From Solirubrobacterales bacterium (lineage in GTDB: Bacteria; Actinomycetota; Thermoleophilia; Solirubrobacterales; Solirubrobacteraceae): a stretch of DNA of 64,000 bases. The position numbers and the translations under genes were made by a program. Of this stretch, positions 36,687 through 45,652 are shown piece by piece (position 1 is the stretch's first letter; every line of letters starts with the position of its first letter). The notes beneath the pieces were generated by a model. That model searched no databases. It was not told the origin of the DNA and worked only from the letters and a program-made list of their open reading frames with translations. The DNA lies in contig JBBQLH010000002.1 in assembly GCA_038327685.1 (NCBI GenBank), positions 11,147 through 75,146 of the forward strand, in the 5' to 3' direction.

Positions 36687-37349
36687 TCACCGCCATTGCT
36701 TGACCCATCGCTTGGCCCTGTCCGCCGGCGACACGGTCTCACCGCAGCCGTTCAACATCCGCGTTATGGACTCCGCCGAGTCGCCCCGGCGCACCGTGTT
36801 GCGTGCGACGAGCCAATCCGTCGAGCTCGCCGTCCCACCATCGCTCGTGTAGACGCGCTTGAACCCCGCACCGCGCAGTGCCCTCAGAGTCCGCCGGTCA
36901 TACGCCCCGAACGGACAAGCGGCCGTGTCGACCGTTGCCTGCGACGCGTCCTCCAAGGCCTGCTTCGCCTGAAGGATCTCGCGATCGATCGCCGGCCGAC
37001 CCAGCCTCCGCCACCGCACGTGATCCATCCCGTGCGACCCGAGCGACATTCCCGCCAGGCGCAGCTCGCGAATGTCGTCCTCGTCGACAAACCCGGGAGT
37101 CCCGAATCGCGCGGGACAGATGAAGAACTGCGCTCGCAGCCCGCGCTGTACCAACTCGGGCAGCGCCTCGGTCACATCGGAGTAGTTGCCGTCATCGAAG
37201 GTCAGGCGCACATCGCCGCGACCGGAGACCGCGTCGAGAATCTCGACGAACTGCTGCCGGTCGACGCAAACGTCCTCCTCGCCGTCAGTCAGCTCGCGCT
37301 TCGGCTTCCCGATGGAGTGGAAGTTCAGCACGATCATGGTGCCCAGCAT
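36687..37349 (-). CDS. polysaccharide deacetylase (NodB/CE4)
   Basis: TFDDGNYSD, SLGSHGMDH, ACPFGAY. ATG at 37349 chosen; the ORF-track start at 37697 overlaps the GT2 gene. Confidence 0.8.
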   Translation of the reverse strand: MLGTMIVLNFHSIGKPKRELTDGEEDVCVDRQQFVEILDAVSGRGDVRLTFDDGNYSDVTEALPELVQRGLRAQFFICPARFGTPGFVDEDDIRELRLAGMSLGSHGMDHVRWRRLGRPAIDREILQAKQALEDASQATVDTAACPFGAYDRRTLRALRGAGFKRVYTSDGGTASSTDWLVARNTVRRGDSAESITRMLNGCGETVSPADRAKRWVKQWR

Positions 37350-37372
37350 CGCGAGGTCCTGCGGATGCAAGA

Positions 37373-38359
37373 TCACGGCGTGTGAACCGGGCTCGGCGAT
37401 TTCGAGAGCTCCCTCGGATGCACCGACAAGGGGCTCCACGGCGAGTGCGGAGGGGGCGACAGGCCCAGAAGCGTCCTCAGCGCCGCCCCATGGGCCTCCC
37501 TGCGGCGTCTTCCGAGCTCCCCGCGCCGCGAGCAGACGAACCGAAGCGAGTGCCGCAGGAGAGCGGTTCCGAAGTAGAGCGCGCGATGCGTCCGCGAGAA
37601 GTGCTTGCGCGCGTAGAGGATGCGACTGTGCGCGCTGAGGCTCTCGACGCTCGGCTGGACGCCGACCTTGGCGCCGTAGTGAAGGATCGTCATCCACGGG
37701 AAGTGGCGGATCTCCCAGCCCGCGCTGCTGATCCGCCAGCAGAAGTCGGTCTCCTCGGAGTACATGAAGAAGCGCTCGTCCATGAAGCCCGCACTCTCGA
37801 TCGCCTCACGCCTGGCGAGCATGAACGACCCGCTCGTCCAATCGCACTCGAGCTCGCGGTCATAGGCCCCCGGCTCGAGTTCGCGCTCGCCCAGCCACCG
37901 CGGGCGTCCGGGCAAGCGCTCGGCCGAGAGAGCGTCGCCGAGCGCCCGAAGCGCGTTCGGGAAGCGACGGATCGTCATGTCGAGGCCACCCTCACCGTCC
38001 ACTTGGCGCGCCCCGACCAGCCCGACGCCGGGGCGCTCATCCATGCGCGAGACGAGGTCGCTCAGGCTTCCTTGCAGGATCTCCGTATCCGGATTCAGGA
38101 AGAGCACGTAGCGGGCGTCGCACGTCATGAGACCGCGGTTGTTCGCGTAGGCGAAGCCGCGGTTCTCGCATCCGATCAGCCGAACGTCGCGGAAGTCCGC
38201 GACGATGTCCGCGGTGGCATCTCGCGAGCCGGCGTCGACCACGACCACGTCCGCATGCAGCGATCCCATGTGCTCGAAGACGCTGCGCAGACAGGCCGCG
38301 ACGTAAGGCGCGCTGTTGTATGCGACGACGATGACGGCGAGGTCGTCCAAACCGGTCAA
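37373..38359 (-). CDS. family 2 glycosyltransferase
   Basis: VIVVAYNS, VVVDAGSRD, FLNPDT, MYSEETDFCWR. Confidence 0.85.
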   Translation of the reverse strand: MTGLDDLAVIVVAYNSAPYVAACLRSVFEHMGSLHADVVVVDAGSRDATADIVADFRDVRLIGCENRGFAYANNRGLMTCDARYVLFLNPDTEILQGSLSDLVSRMDERPGVGLVGARQVDGEGGLDMTIRRFPNALRALGDALSAERLPGRPRWLGERELEPGAYDRELECDWTSGSFMLARREAIESAGFMDERFFMYSEETDFCWRISSAGWEIRHFPWMTILHYGAKVGVQPSVESLSAHSRILYARKHFSRTHRALYFGTALLRHSLRFVCSRRGELGRRRREAHGAALRTLLGLSPPPHSPWSPLSVHPRELSKSPSPVHTP

Positions 38360-38642
38360 TCAACGCGAGGTCCGCGCACGTTCTTTCGTCGCACGCGCGA
38401 CTGAAGGCCGGGCCACCGCGGCGCACGTCCCGGCGTCGGCCCTTATAGTTGCCGCGGGCTCTCAGGGAGTCATGCCCGCGCGGGCGACCTCCGAGGGGTC
38501 GCACGTCCTGGCGAAATTCATCGCCGTGATCGTTGGAGCCGAAAACCGGCCCGTCGGTCACGCGCCGGTGAGTGGGCGACTGCGGCGCCTGGATCCGGCA
38601 TGAACCGCAACGACGCGGCACAAGCTGAGGAGAACGCCCCGA

Positions 38643-39932
38643 ATGCCGAAGTGGCTGGTGCTATCGACGGTGGTGCTCCTCAATCTCGCCGCGACGGCGA
38701 GCGGAGCCGCCGCTCGCGATCGCGATCACGACCGGCTGCCAGATCGCTGGGAACGGAAGCATCACCTGTCGGCCCACATTCCCAGCGCCAAGCGCGATCC
38801 CGACCGCGACGGCCTCACCAACCTCCGCGAGCTGCGGCTGCGCACGCATCCGCGGCGCGCCGACACCGATCGCGACCGTCTCCGCGACGGCGCCGAGGTC
38901 CGCCGCTACCGCACCAACCCGCGCAAGCGCGACACCGACCGCGACGGGCTGCTCGATGGCGCCGAGGTCCGCCGCTACCACACGAGCCCGCGCAAGCGGG
39001 ACTCCGACGGCGACGGGTTCAGCGACGGACGCGAGGTCCGCGCGGGGACGAACCCGCGCGATCGCCGGAGTCACCCGTCCGGGCTTGCGACTTCCCTGCC
39101 TGCCGGCGGATCCCCGGATGTGACTCCCCCGCCCCCCGGCGGATTCCCGAACGCGGCGAGCACAGGCGTGCCGGCCGGGTGGACGCCCACGCAGACAAGG
39201 TCGACCGAGCTGACCGTGACGACGCCGGGCGCGGTCGTACAGGACATCCGCTTCACGAACGGGGCGAGCATCGAGGTTCGGGCCGACAACGTGACGATCC
39301 GTCGCGTTGACATGCAGGGCGGCGCCATCACCAACCAGTACGGCAGCGCCCCGGAGGCCTGCGGCCACAACCTGCTCGTCGAGGACACCACTTTCGAGCA
39401 GATCCCCGGCCAGTTCGAGTCCTCCGACAGTCCGGTCATCGGCGAGGGCAGCTATACGGCCCGCCGCATCGAGGTCGCCGCTCGCGGCGAAGGACCACGA
39501 CTGTCGGACTGCGGCCCGGTCACCCTCGAGGACTCCTTCATCAGCATCCGCGGCGCGGACACGGACACGCCCGCGTGCGTTGCCGTCCACTCCGACGGCG
39601 TGCAGGCCGTCGCAGGCGTGGGCGCCACCGCCCGCAACAACACGATCATCATGGAGACCTACTGCGGCACGTCGGCCTGGTTCGTCGTGAACCCGGGCGT
39701 CAACGGGGGCCGCTATGACATCGACCGGTTGCTCGTGGCGGGCGGGGGCTACGTGTTCCGCCAACAGGTGCCGGGCTCGATCACCGGGCTCCGGATCGTC
39801 GACGACTCGTGGGTGTACGGGCCGCTGGATGAGATGGACTGCTCCGTCCTGGACCCGTGGGACGCCAAGCTCGTGACGATCGACTCCAACTACCAGGTCA
39901 CCAGCGTGGTACGCGACCAGCCCTGCACCTGA
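38643..39932 (+). CDS. secreted protein: thrombospondin-type-3-like Ca-binding repeats plus the domain paralogous to 33928-34929
   Basis: Signal peptide. Repeats of the TNPRKRDTDRDGLLDGAEVRRY type. C-terminal 290 aa collinear with the upstream paralog. Confidence 0.75.
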   Translation: MPKWLVLSTVVLLNLAATASGAAARDRDHDRLPDRWERKHHLSAHIPSAKRDPDRDGLTNLRELRLRTHPRRADTDRDRLRDGAEVRRYRTNPRKRDTDRDGLLDGAEVRRYHTSPRKRDSDGDGFSDGREVRAGTNPRDRRSHPSGLATSLPAGGSPDVTPPPPGGFPNAASTGVPAGWTPTQTRSTELTVTTPGAVVQDIRFTNGASIEVRADNVTIRRVDMQGGAITNQYGSAPEACGHNLLVEDTTFEQIPGQFESSDSPVIGEGSYTARRIEVAARGEGPRLSDCGPVTLEDSFISIRGADTDTPACVAVHSDGVQAVAGVGATARNNTIIMETYCGTSAWFVVNPGVNGGRYDIDRLLVAGGGYVFRQQVPGSITGLRIVDDSWVYGPLDEMDCSVLDPWDAKLVTIDSNYQVTSVVRDQPCT

Positions 39933-40048
39933 GGACGCCGGTCGGCCGTGCCCGGTCGGCCACGGCGAGGACACCGAAGTCATCGAGGAACCGGAAGAAG
40001 CGCTCGTGGCGGCCCGTTTGTTGATCAATCGGGCCGTCAAGGAGCTTC

Positions 40049-41365
40049 ATGAAAATCAGCGTTATCGGGCTGGGCTACGTGGGCGCCGTTTCGGCGGGCT
40101 GCCTCGCGAGACGCGGCCATCAGGTCATCGGAGTGGACGTCAACTCGCGCAAGGTCGCGTCCGTCAACGACGGTCAGGCACCGGTCCTCGAGCCGGGCCT
40201 GCCTGAGGCAATCGCGGAGGCGGCCCGATCGGGTCGACTGCGGGCGACCGAGGATGTGGCTGAGGCGATCCGGGCGACCGACGTCTCGCTCGTGTCCGTC
40301 GGTACGCCGTCCGGTTCCCATGGGTCGATCGACCTTGGTGCCCTCGAGCGTGTCTGTGCGGACATCGGGCAGGCTCTCCGAGCCACCGAGCAGCGGCATA
40401 CGGTCGTGATCCGCAGCACCGTGCTCCCGGGCACGACGGAGGAGACGGTCATCCCCGCTCTCGAGCGAAGCTCGGGTCTTACGGCGGGTCGCGATTTCGG
40501 GGTTGCCATGAACCCCGAGTACCTGCGCGAGGGCAGCGGCGTTGCCGACTTCGACAGTCCCGAGAAGACCGTCATCGGGGAGCTGGACACCGCGAGCGGC
40601 GACGCCGTCGCCGAGATGTACGGGGACTTCGCGGACCGGATCTTCCGCGTCCCGATCCGCGTCGCCGAGGCCGCGAAGTACGTCGACAACGCGTTTCACG
40701 CGCTCAAGGTCGGCTTCGCCAACGAGGTCGGCGCGCTCAGCGTCGAGTTCGGCATCGACTCGCACCAGCTGATGGAGATCTTCAAGGCGGACCGGAAGCT
40801 GAACATCAGCGAGGCTTACCTGACGCCCGGATTCTGCTTCGGCGGCTCGTGCCTGCCCAAGGACCTCCGCGCGCTGGTGCACCGGGCGAAGGGATCGCAC
40901 GTCGACGTGCCGATCCTCGAGAGCGTCCTGCGGTCGAACGAGGCCCATTTCCGCCGGACGTACGACCTGCTGACGGCGAACGGACGCCGGCGGATCGGGC
41001 TGTTCGGCCTCGCCTTCAAGCCTGGCACCGACGAGCTCCGAGAGAGCCCCTTCGTCGAGCTGGCCGAGCGTCTCATCGGCAAGGGGTACGACCTCCGCAT
41101 CTACGACCCCTCGATTCACCTGCCGAGCCTGACCGGCACCAACCGGGAGTACATCGAAGAGCACCTGCCCCACCTCAAGGAGCTGCTGGCCGAGACCGCC
41201 GGAGCGGTGGTCGACCATGCCGAGACGTGCATCGTCGCATCTCGACACGCCGATGTGGGCCGCGCGCTCGAACGCGCGAACGGCCGGATGATCATCGACC
41301 TCGTCCGGCTGCCCGACACCGCTGAGCTCGAACGGAAAGCCGAGTACCACGGTGTCGCCTGGTAG
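40049..41365 (+). CDS. algD: GDP-mannose 6-dehydrogenase (AlgD-type nucleotide-sugar dehydrogenase)
   Basis: MKISVIGLGYVGAVSAGCL, catalytic GGSCLPKD, 438 aa. Collinear with my recollection of P. aeruginosa AlgD through to the C-terminal ...GVAW. A UDP-sugar specificity cannot be excluded. Confidence 0.75.
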   Translation: MKISVIGLGYVGAVSAGCLARRGHQVIGVDVNSRKVASVNDGQAPVLEPGLPEAIAEAARSGRLRATEDVAEAIRATDVSLVSVGTPSGSHGSIDLGALERVCADIGQALRATEQRHTVVIRSTVLPGTTEETVIPALERSSGLTAGRDFGVAMNPEYLREGSGVADFDSPEKTVIGELDTASGDAVAEMYGDFADRIFRVPIRVAEAAKYVDNAFHALKVGFANEVGALSVEFGIDSHQLMEIFKADRKLNISEAYLTPGFCFGGSCLPKDLRALVHRAKGSHVDVPILESVLRSNEAHFRRTYDLLTANGRRRIGLFGLAFKPGTDELRESPFVELAERLIGKGYDLRIYDPSIHLPSLTGTNREYIEEHLPHLKELLAETAGAVVDHAETCIVASRHADVGRALERANGRMIIDLVRLPDTAELERKAEYHGVAW

Positions 41366-42593
41366 GGCGCTCATCCTCGTCGAGAATCTGTCGGTTCCGT
41401 TCGATCGGCGGGTGTGGCAGGAAAGCCGTGCGCTCCGCGAGGCCGGCTACGAGGTCTCGGTCGTGTGTCCCCAGGGAACCTCCCAGGACCGTGAGTCGTA
41501 CGCGCTGATCGACGGGATCGAGATTCACCGCTACCCGCTATCCGCCGCGACGGGCGGGTGGACCGGGTACCTGCGCGAGTATCCAGCGGCACTCTGGCGT
41601 TCCTGGCGCCTGGCTCGCCGCCTTGGCCATTTCGACATCGTCCACATCTGCAACCCGCCCGACCTGCTCTTCCTCGTCGCCCTGCCACTGAAGCTCCACG
41701 GGGCTCGTGTGATCTTCGACCAGCACGACCTGGGGCCTGAGCTCTACGTGTCGCGCTTCGGTCGCGGGAAGGACCTCCTGTATCGCGGCATGGTCGTGCT
41801 CGAGCGCCTGACGTATCAGGTGGCTGATGTCGTCATCGCCACCAACGGCAGCTATCGGCGCGCCGCCATCGATCGAGGCCGCAAGGCACCCGAGCGCGTG
41901 TTCGTCGTCCGCAGCGCACCCGATCTGAGTCGCTTTGCCGGCGGCATCCCCAATCCGGCGCTCAAGCAGGGCAAGGAGCACCTCCTGTGTTACCTGGGCG
42001 TCATGGGCCCCCAAGACGGCGTCGATTACGCGCTCAATTCGCTCGCCGCGCTGCGCGACATTCGGCCGGATGACTGGCACGCCGTCTTCGTGGGCTCGGG
42101 CGATTGCTTCGATGATATGCGCGCGCTCGCGAGCCGACTGGGACTGGACGGCCATGTGACGTTCACGGGGCGAATCCCGGATGACGAGCTGCTCGCCTAC
42201 TTCTCGACCGCAGACGTCGCGTTGTCGCCGGATCCCCGCAATCCGCTCAACGACGTCTCGACCATGAACAAGGTCATCGAGTACATGGCCGTCGGCCTTC
42301 CGATCGTATCCTTCGAGCTTCGCGAGGCGCGGGTGTCGGCCGGCGACGCGGCCCGTTACGTCAAGTGCAACGACACCGATGCGTTCGCGGCCGCCACGTC
42401 TGCCCTCCTCGACGATCCCGCCGAGCGGCAGTGGCGAGGGCGGGTCGGGCAGGATCGCGTCGCCGGCGCGCTCAGCTGGGACCACTCGAAGGTGCAGCTG
42501 CTGGCGAGCTACGCGGCGGCCATGGGCGCCGGCTCACCCGAGCCGTCGGCCGAGTTCCCCGATCGACACGAACCCCTTCCTGCGCTCCTCTAG
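41352..42593 (+). CDS. family 4 glycosyltransferase
   Basis: GTG start overlaps the dehydrogenase 3' end. GT-B pattern (VVCPQG..., NKVIEYMAVGLPIVS). Confidence 0.8.
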   Translation: MSPGRALILVENLSVPFDRRVWQESRALREAGYEVSVVCPQGTSQDRESYALIDGIEIHRYPLSAATGGWTGYLREYPAALWRSWRLARRLGHFDIVHICNPPDLLFLVALPLKLHGARVIFDQHDLGPELYVSRFGRGKDLLYRGMVVLERLTYQVADVVIATNGSYRRAAIDRGRKAPERVFVVRSAPDLSRFAGGIPNPALKQGKEHLLCYLGVMGPQDGVDYALNSLAALRDIRPDDWHAVFVGSGDCFDDMRALASRLGLDGHVTFTGRIPDDELLAYFSTADVALSPDPRNPLNDVSTMNKVIEYMAVGLPIVSFELREARVSAGDAARYVKCNDTDAFAAATSALLDDPAERQWRGRVGQDRVAGALSWDHSKVQLLASYAAAMGAGSPEPSAEFPDRHEPLPALL

Positions 42594-42724
42594 AAGGCCT
42601 GAACGGCGGGGATGTCGGTCGGCCTCGCGGGGAAGCGCGGCGACCTTGACGAGGCGACCGTTGAGTGCGTGACGGTGTCGGGGCCGGTCTCGCGCCTGAG
42701 CGAGCGGGTCGGCACCCAAGGCTC

Positions 42725-42742
42725 GGCGGGGCGGACCCCGCC
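42725..42742 (+). terminator. possible GC-rich hairpin downstream of the GT4 gene
   Basis: ggcgggg-cgga-ccccgcc. No U-tract follows. Confidence 0.2.
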
Positions 42743-42756
42743 GCCGCCGGCGAGCT

Positions 42757-43650
42757 CTAGATGTAGTTCCTGACCACGTTGTTCACGCTAACGCGCCGCT
42801 CGGCCCGAAGGGCAGGGCGACGATCGTGGGTCGCGTGGTCGAGCAGGAGTGGTCGCTCGCGGAGGCGGCCGAGGCCGCCGGAGTGAGCGAGCGCGGCTGC
42901 TCGAAGTGGGTCAGGTGGTACCGGGCCGAGTGCGAGCCCGGCTTGCACGATCGTTCCTCGGCGCCGAAGTCGATCGCGCATCGCACCCCCGACGAGCTCG
43001 TCGAAGCGATCGCCGCGCTGCGCAGGTTGCGGATGACCGGCGCGGAGATCGCGTTCTGTCTGACGATGGCGCTCTCGACCGTCTCCGCGGTCCTGACGCG
43101 GATCGGGCTGGGCAAGCTCTCGCGACTCGAGCCGCGTAGAGCCGCCGAACCGCTACGAGCGCCGCCGCGCCGGCGAGCTGATCCACGTCGACGTCAAGAA
43201 GCTCGGCCGCATCCGCGTCACCGGTCACCGCGTCACCGGTCACCGCGCCAGCCAGAAGCGCACCCGAGTCAACGCCAAGCGCACCGGAGTCGCGGGCTGG
43301 GAGTCGTGCACGTCTGCGTCGACGACGCCACCCGCCTGGCCTACGTCGAAGTCCTCATCGACGAGAAGGCCACCACCGCGGTCGGCTCCCTGCGCCGCGC
43401 GAAAGCGTTCTACGCCTCCCACGGCATCACGTCGAGCGCGTGATGACCGACAACGGATCGGCCTACCGCTCCACCATCCACGCCTTCGCCTGCCGCGCAC
43501 TGGGCCTGCGCCACCTCCGCACCCGCCCCTACCGCCCGCTGGCTCTGGATCTACAACCATCGCCCATCGCCGCCCCCACGGCTCACCAGCCACAAGACGC
43601 CGATCGCTCGCCTCAACGAGCTGAACAACCTCCCTGGGTCCCGCGCCTAG
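42757..43650 (+). mobile_element. decayed IS481-family insertion sequence (transposase pseudogene)
   Basis: Transposase pieces lie in three frames: HANAPLGPKGR...SRLEP; EPPNRYERRRAGELIHVDVKKLGRI; VHVCVDDATRLAYVEV...; MTDNGSAYRS...RTRPYRP; WLWIYNH...TPIARLNELNN. The QTNGKAERF region is missing. CTAG occurs at both edges. Confidence 0.8.
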
Positions 43651-44888
43651 CCGGCTGCCCGCTCCGCCGTCGCAGGCTGAGGCGCGGGCACGACGGTCGC
43701 GCCTGACCTGTCCTCGGCCGGCACGACCGGCCGTCCGAGCCTGGGCCAGACGCGCAAGATCGGCAGCGTCCGAAGCGCGCTCACGCTACGGTGCCGCAGG
43801 AACGGCGCCTCGAACAGCAGATGGAAGCCGTAACAGAGGGCCAGGATCACGGGGAGGCCGAAGGCGAGCGTCAGCCCGAATGTGGCGAGCGGGGACAGGT
43901 CCAGGGGTTCGAACGCGTACTTGTCGAGAACGCCGATGATCGGGTCGTGGATCAGGTAGATGCTGTAGGAGAACAGGCCCAGCCACAGGGCGGGGCCTGA
44001 GGCGAGCACGCGGCGCGCGGGGACCATCCCGCCCGCGTGGATCAGCGCCAGCGCGCTCGCGACGCCCACACCGAAGAGGAGATCCATCCAGAAAAAGCGA
44101 CCGACCACCCACTCCGAGCCCTGGATCACCGCCAGCAGGAGGAACGAACCGAACGTCACCAGCGTCACGGCCGCGAGTGGACGACGCAGCCTCTGCGCGC
44201 GGTCGCCGCCCCCGAGCCAGACCGCGAGCGCGCCCAAGGCGAAGAGGGCCAGGAACTGCGGCGTCAACCTGTCGAGCTTGTGAAGCGGCCCGCCGAGACC
44301 AGCGACCGCGTGGACCAGGAGCACCGAGCTCGTGGTGATCAGGACCGCGATGCCGAAGCTGGTCCGGCGCCCGAGCAGGAGAATGAGCGGGAACACGAAG
44401 TAGATCTGCCACTCGATGGCGATGGACCAGAACGCACCGTTGGGGGTCTCGCTCCCCACGACGTCCTGCAGCAGGAGACCGTGGACGGCAAGGGTCCTGC
44501 CGATCGCTCCCGGGCCGAGATCCGGCTGCAGGAGGACTGCGGTGACGAGGATGGACAGGATCAGAGCGGCCCAGTAGGCGGGGAGAATTCGCCACGCTCG
44601 CCGCCGCAGGAATCGCCGTAGCCCGCCGGACAGCTTGCCCCGGTTGCGCATCGGGCCCAGGGCGAGCGAGAAGCCCGACACGACGATGAAGATGGCGACG
44701 GCCATGTGGCCATAGAGCAGCCACCCGAGCCACCATGGCCCGGTGTTGCGCGGGAAGCTCGGCCAGGTCGTCAGCCAGATGTGGTGAAGGACGACGAACA
44801 TCGCCGCCGCTCCGCGAACGCCGTCCAGCCAGTTGACCCGGGCGGCGCCTCGAGCGGGGCCCGCTAGCGCTGCGCTTCGCGTGGCCAC
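43647..44888 (-). CDS. acyltransferase family 3 membrane protein (polysaccharide O-acyltransferase)
   Basis: NWLDGVRGAAAMFVVLHH, FIVVSGFSL, RRAWRILPAYW. About ten TM helices. Confidence 0.85.
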   Translation of the reverse strand: MATRSAALAGPARGAARVNWLDGVRGAAAMFVVLHHIWLTTWPSFPRNTGPWWLGWLLYGHMAVAIFIVVSGFSLALGPMRNRGKLSGGLRRFLRRRAWRILPAYWAALILSILVTAVLLQPDLGPGAIGRTLAVHGLLLQDVVGSETPNGAFWSIAIEWQIYFVFPLILLLGRRTSFGIAVLITTSSVLLVHAVAGLGGPLHKLDRLTPQFLALFALGALAVWLGGGDRAQRLRRPLAAVTLVTFGSFLLLAVIQGSEWVVGRFFWMDLLFGVGVASALALIHAGGMVPARRVLASGPALWLGLFSYSIYLIHDPIIGVLDKYAFEPLDLSPLATFGLTLAFGLPVILALCYGFHLLFEAPFLRHRSVSALRTLPILRVWPRLGRPVVPAEDRSGATVVPAPQPATAERAAG

Positions 44889-45652
44889 TGCGGGGCGTCG
44901 GGGTCGGGATCCGGGAAGGACTCAAAGCTCCGACGCAGAGTCACCGGGGGTACGAACGCTCCTGTGTCGGCCCGATTCGCTTCATCGATGCGACCGTGTG
45001 CCCACTCCACCCGAAGGGCGCTCAGGGCGTCCAGAATCGACATGGCGACGAAGAGCAGGATCGTGCCCAGAACGAGCACCGCGACCAGCGAGCGGAGCTT
45101 GCCTGACGGCTTCAGCTTCGCGTCATGAGCAGGGACAACCGCTTCCGTCCTGATCCGATAGCGCGTGTCGACCCCACGTACCCGCTGCATCTGGTCGAGC
45201 TCGTTGGTCATCGCCTCGCCGACCAGGTGCGCCGTATCGATGGCTGCGGCCGCACTCGTGCCGGTGCCGGTGATCTGGACGATCGGCGAGCTGAAGCCGA
45301 ACTCGGCGCTCGGTGCGGCCGTGAAGGTCGGGTCAGCCCCCTTCTTGGCGAGGCTGCGGCGATTTTCCTCGCTGCTCACCCTGCTCGTCAACACCTGCAC
45401 CAGTACGGATTGATCCGAGAAACGCGTGTACGGGTTGTCGTCCCCCTTGATGCGGCCGAGCGCCGGGTTGCGCGCGATCTCCGCATCGGTCGGGGGCGGC
45501 GGCGGATTGACCAGGATGTACTTGGCGGACGCCTCGTAGGTCGGCGCCGAGACGGCGACCAGGTAGAACACGCCGGCAAGGACGCAGGCGAAGATCGGAA
45601 ACGTGACGAGCTTGTACTTCCACAACTTTCTTGCGATCAGCAACAGACTCAT
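44864..45652 (-). CDS. Wzz-like polysaccharide co-polymerase / chain-length determinant, no kinase domain
   Basis: N-terminal and C-terminal TM helices flank a periplasmic-type domain. ATGA coupling to wzy. Confidence 0.65.
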   Translation of the reverse strand: MSLLLIARKLWKYKLVTFPIFACVLAGVFYLVAVSAPTYEASAKYILVNPPPPPTDAEIARNPALGRIKGDDNPYTRFSDQSVLVQVLTSRVSSEENRRSLAKKGADPTFTAAPSAEFGFSSPIVQITGTGTSAAAAIDTAHLVGEAMTNELDQMQRVRGVDTRYRIRTEAVVPAHDAKLKPSGKLRSLVAVLVLGTILLFVAMSILDALSALRVEWAHGRIDEANRADTGAFVPPVTLRRSFESFPDPDPDAPQWPREAQR

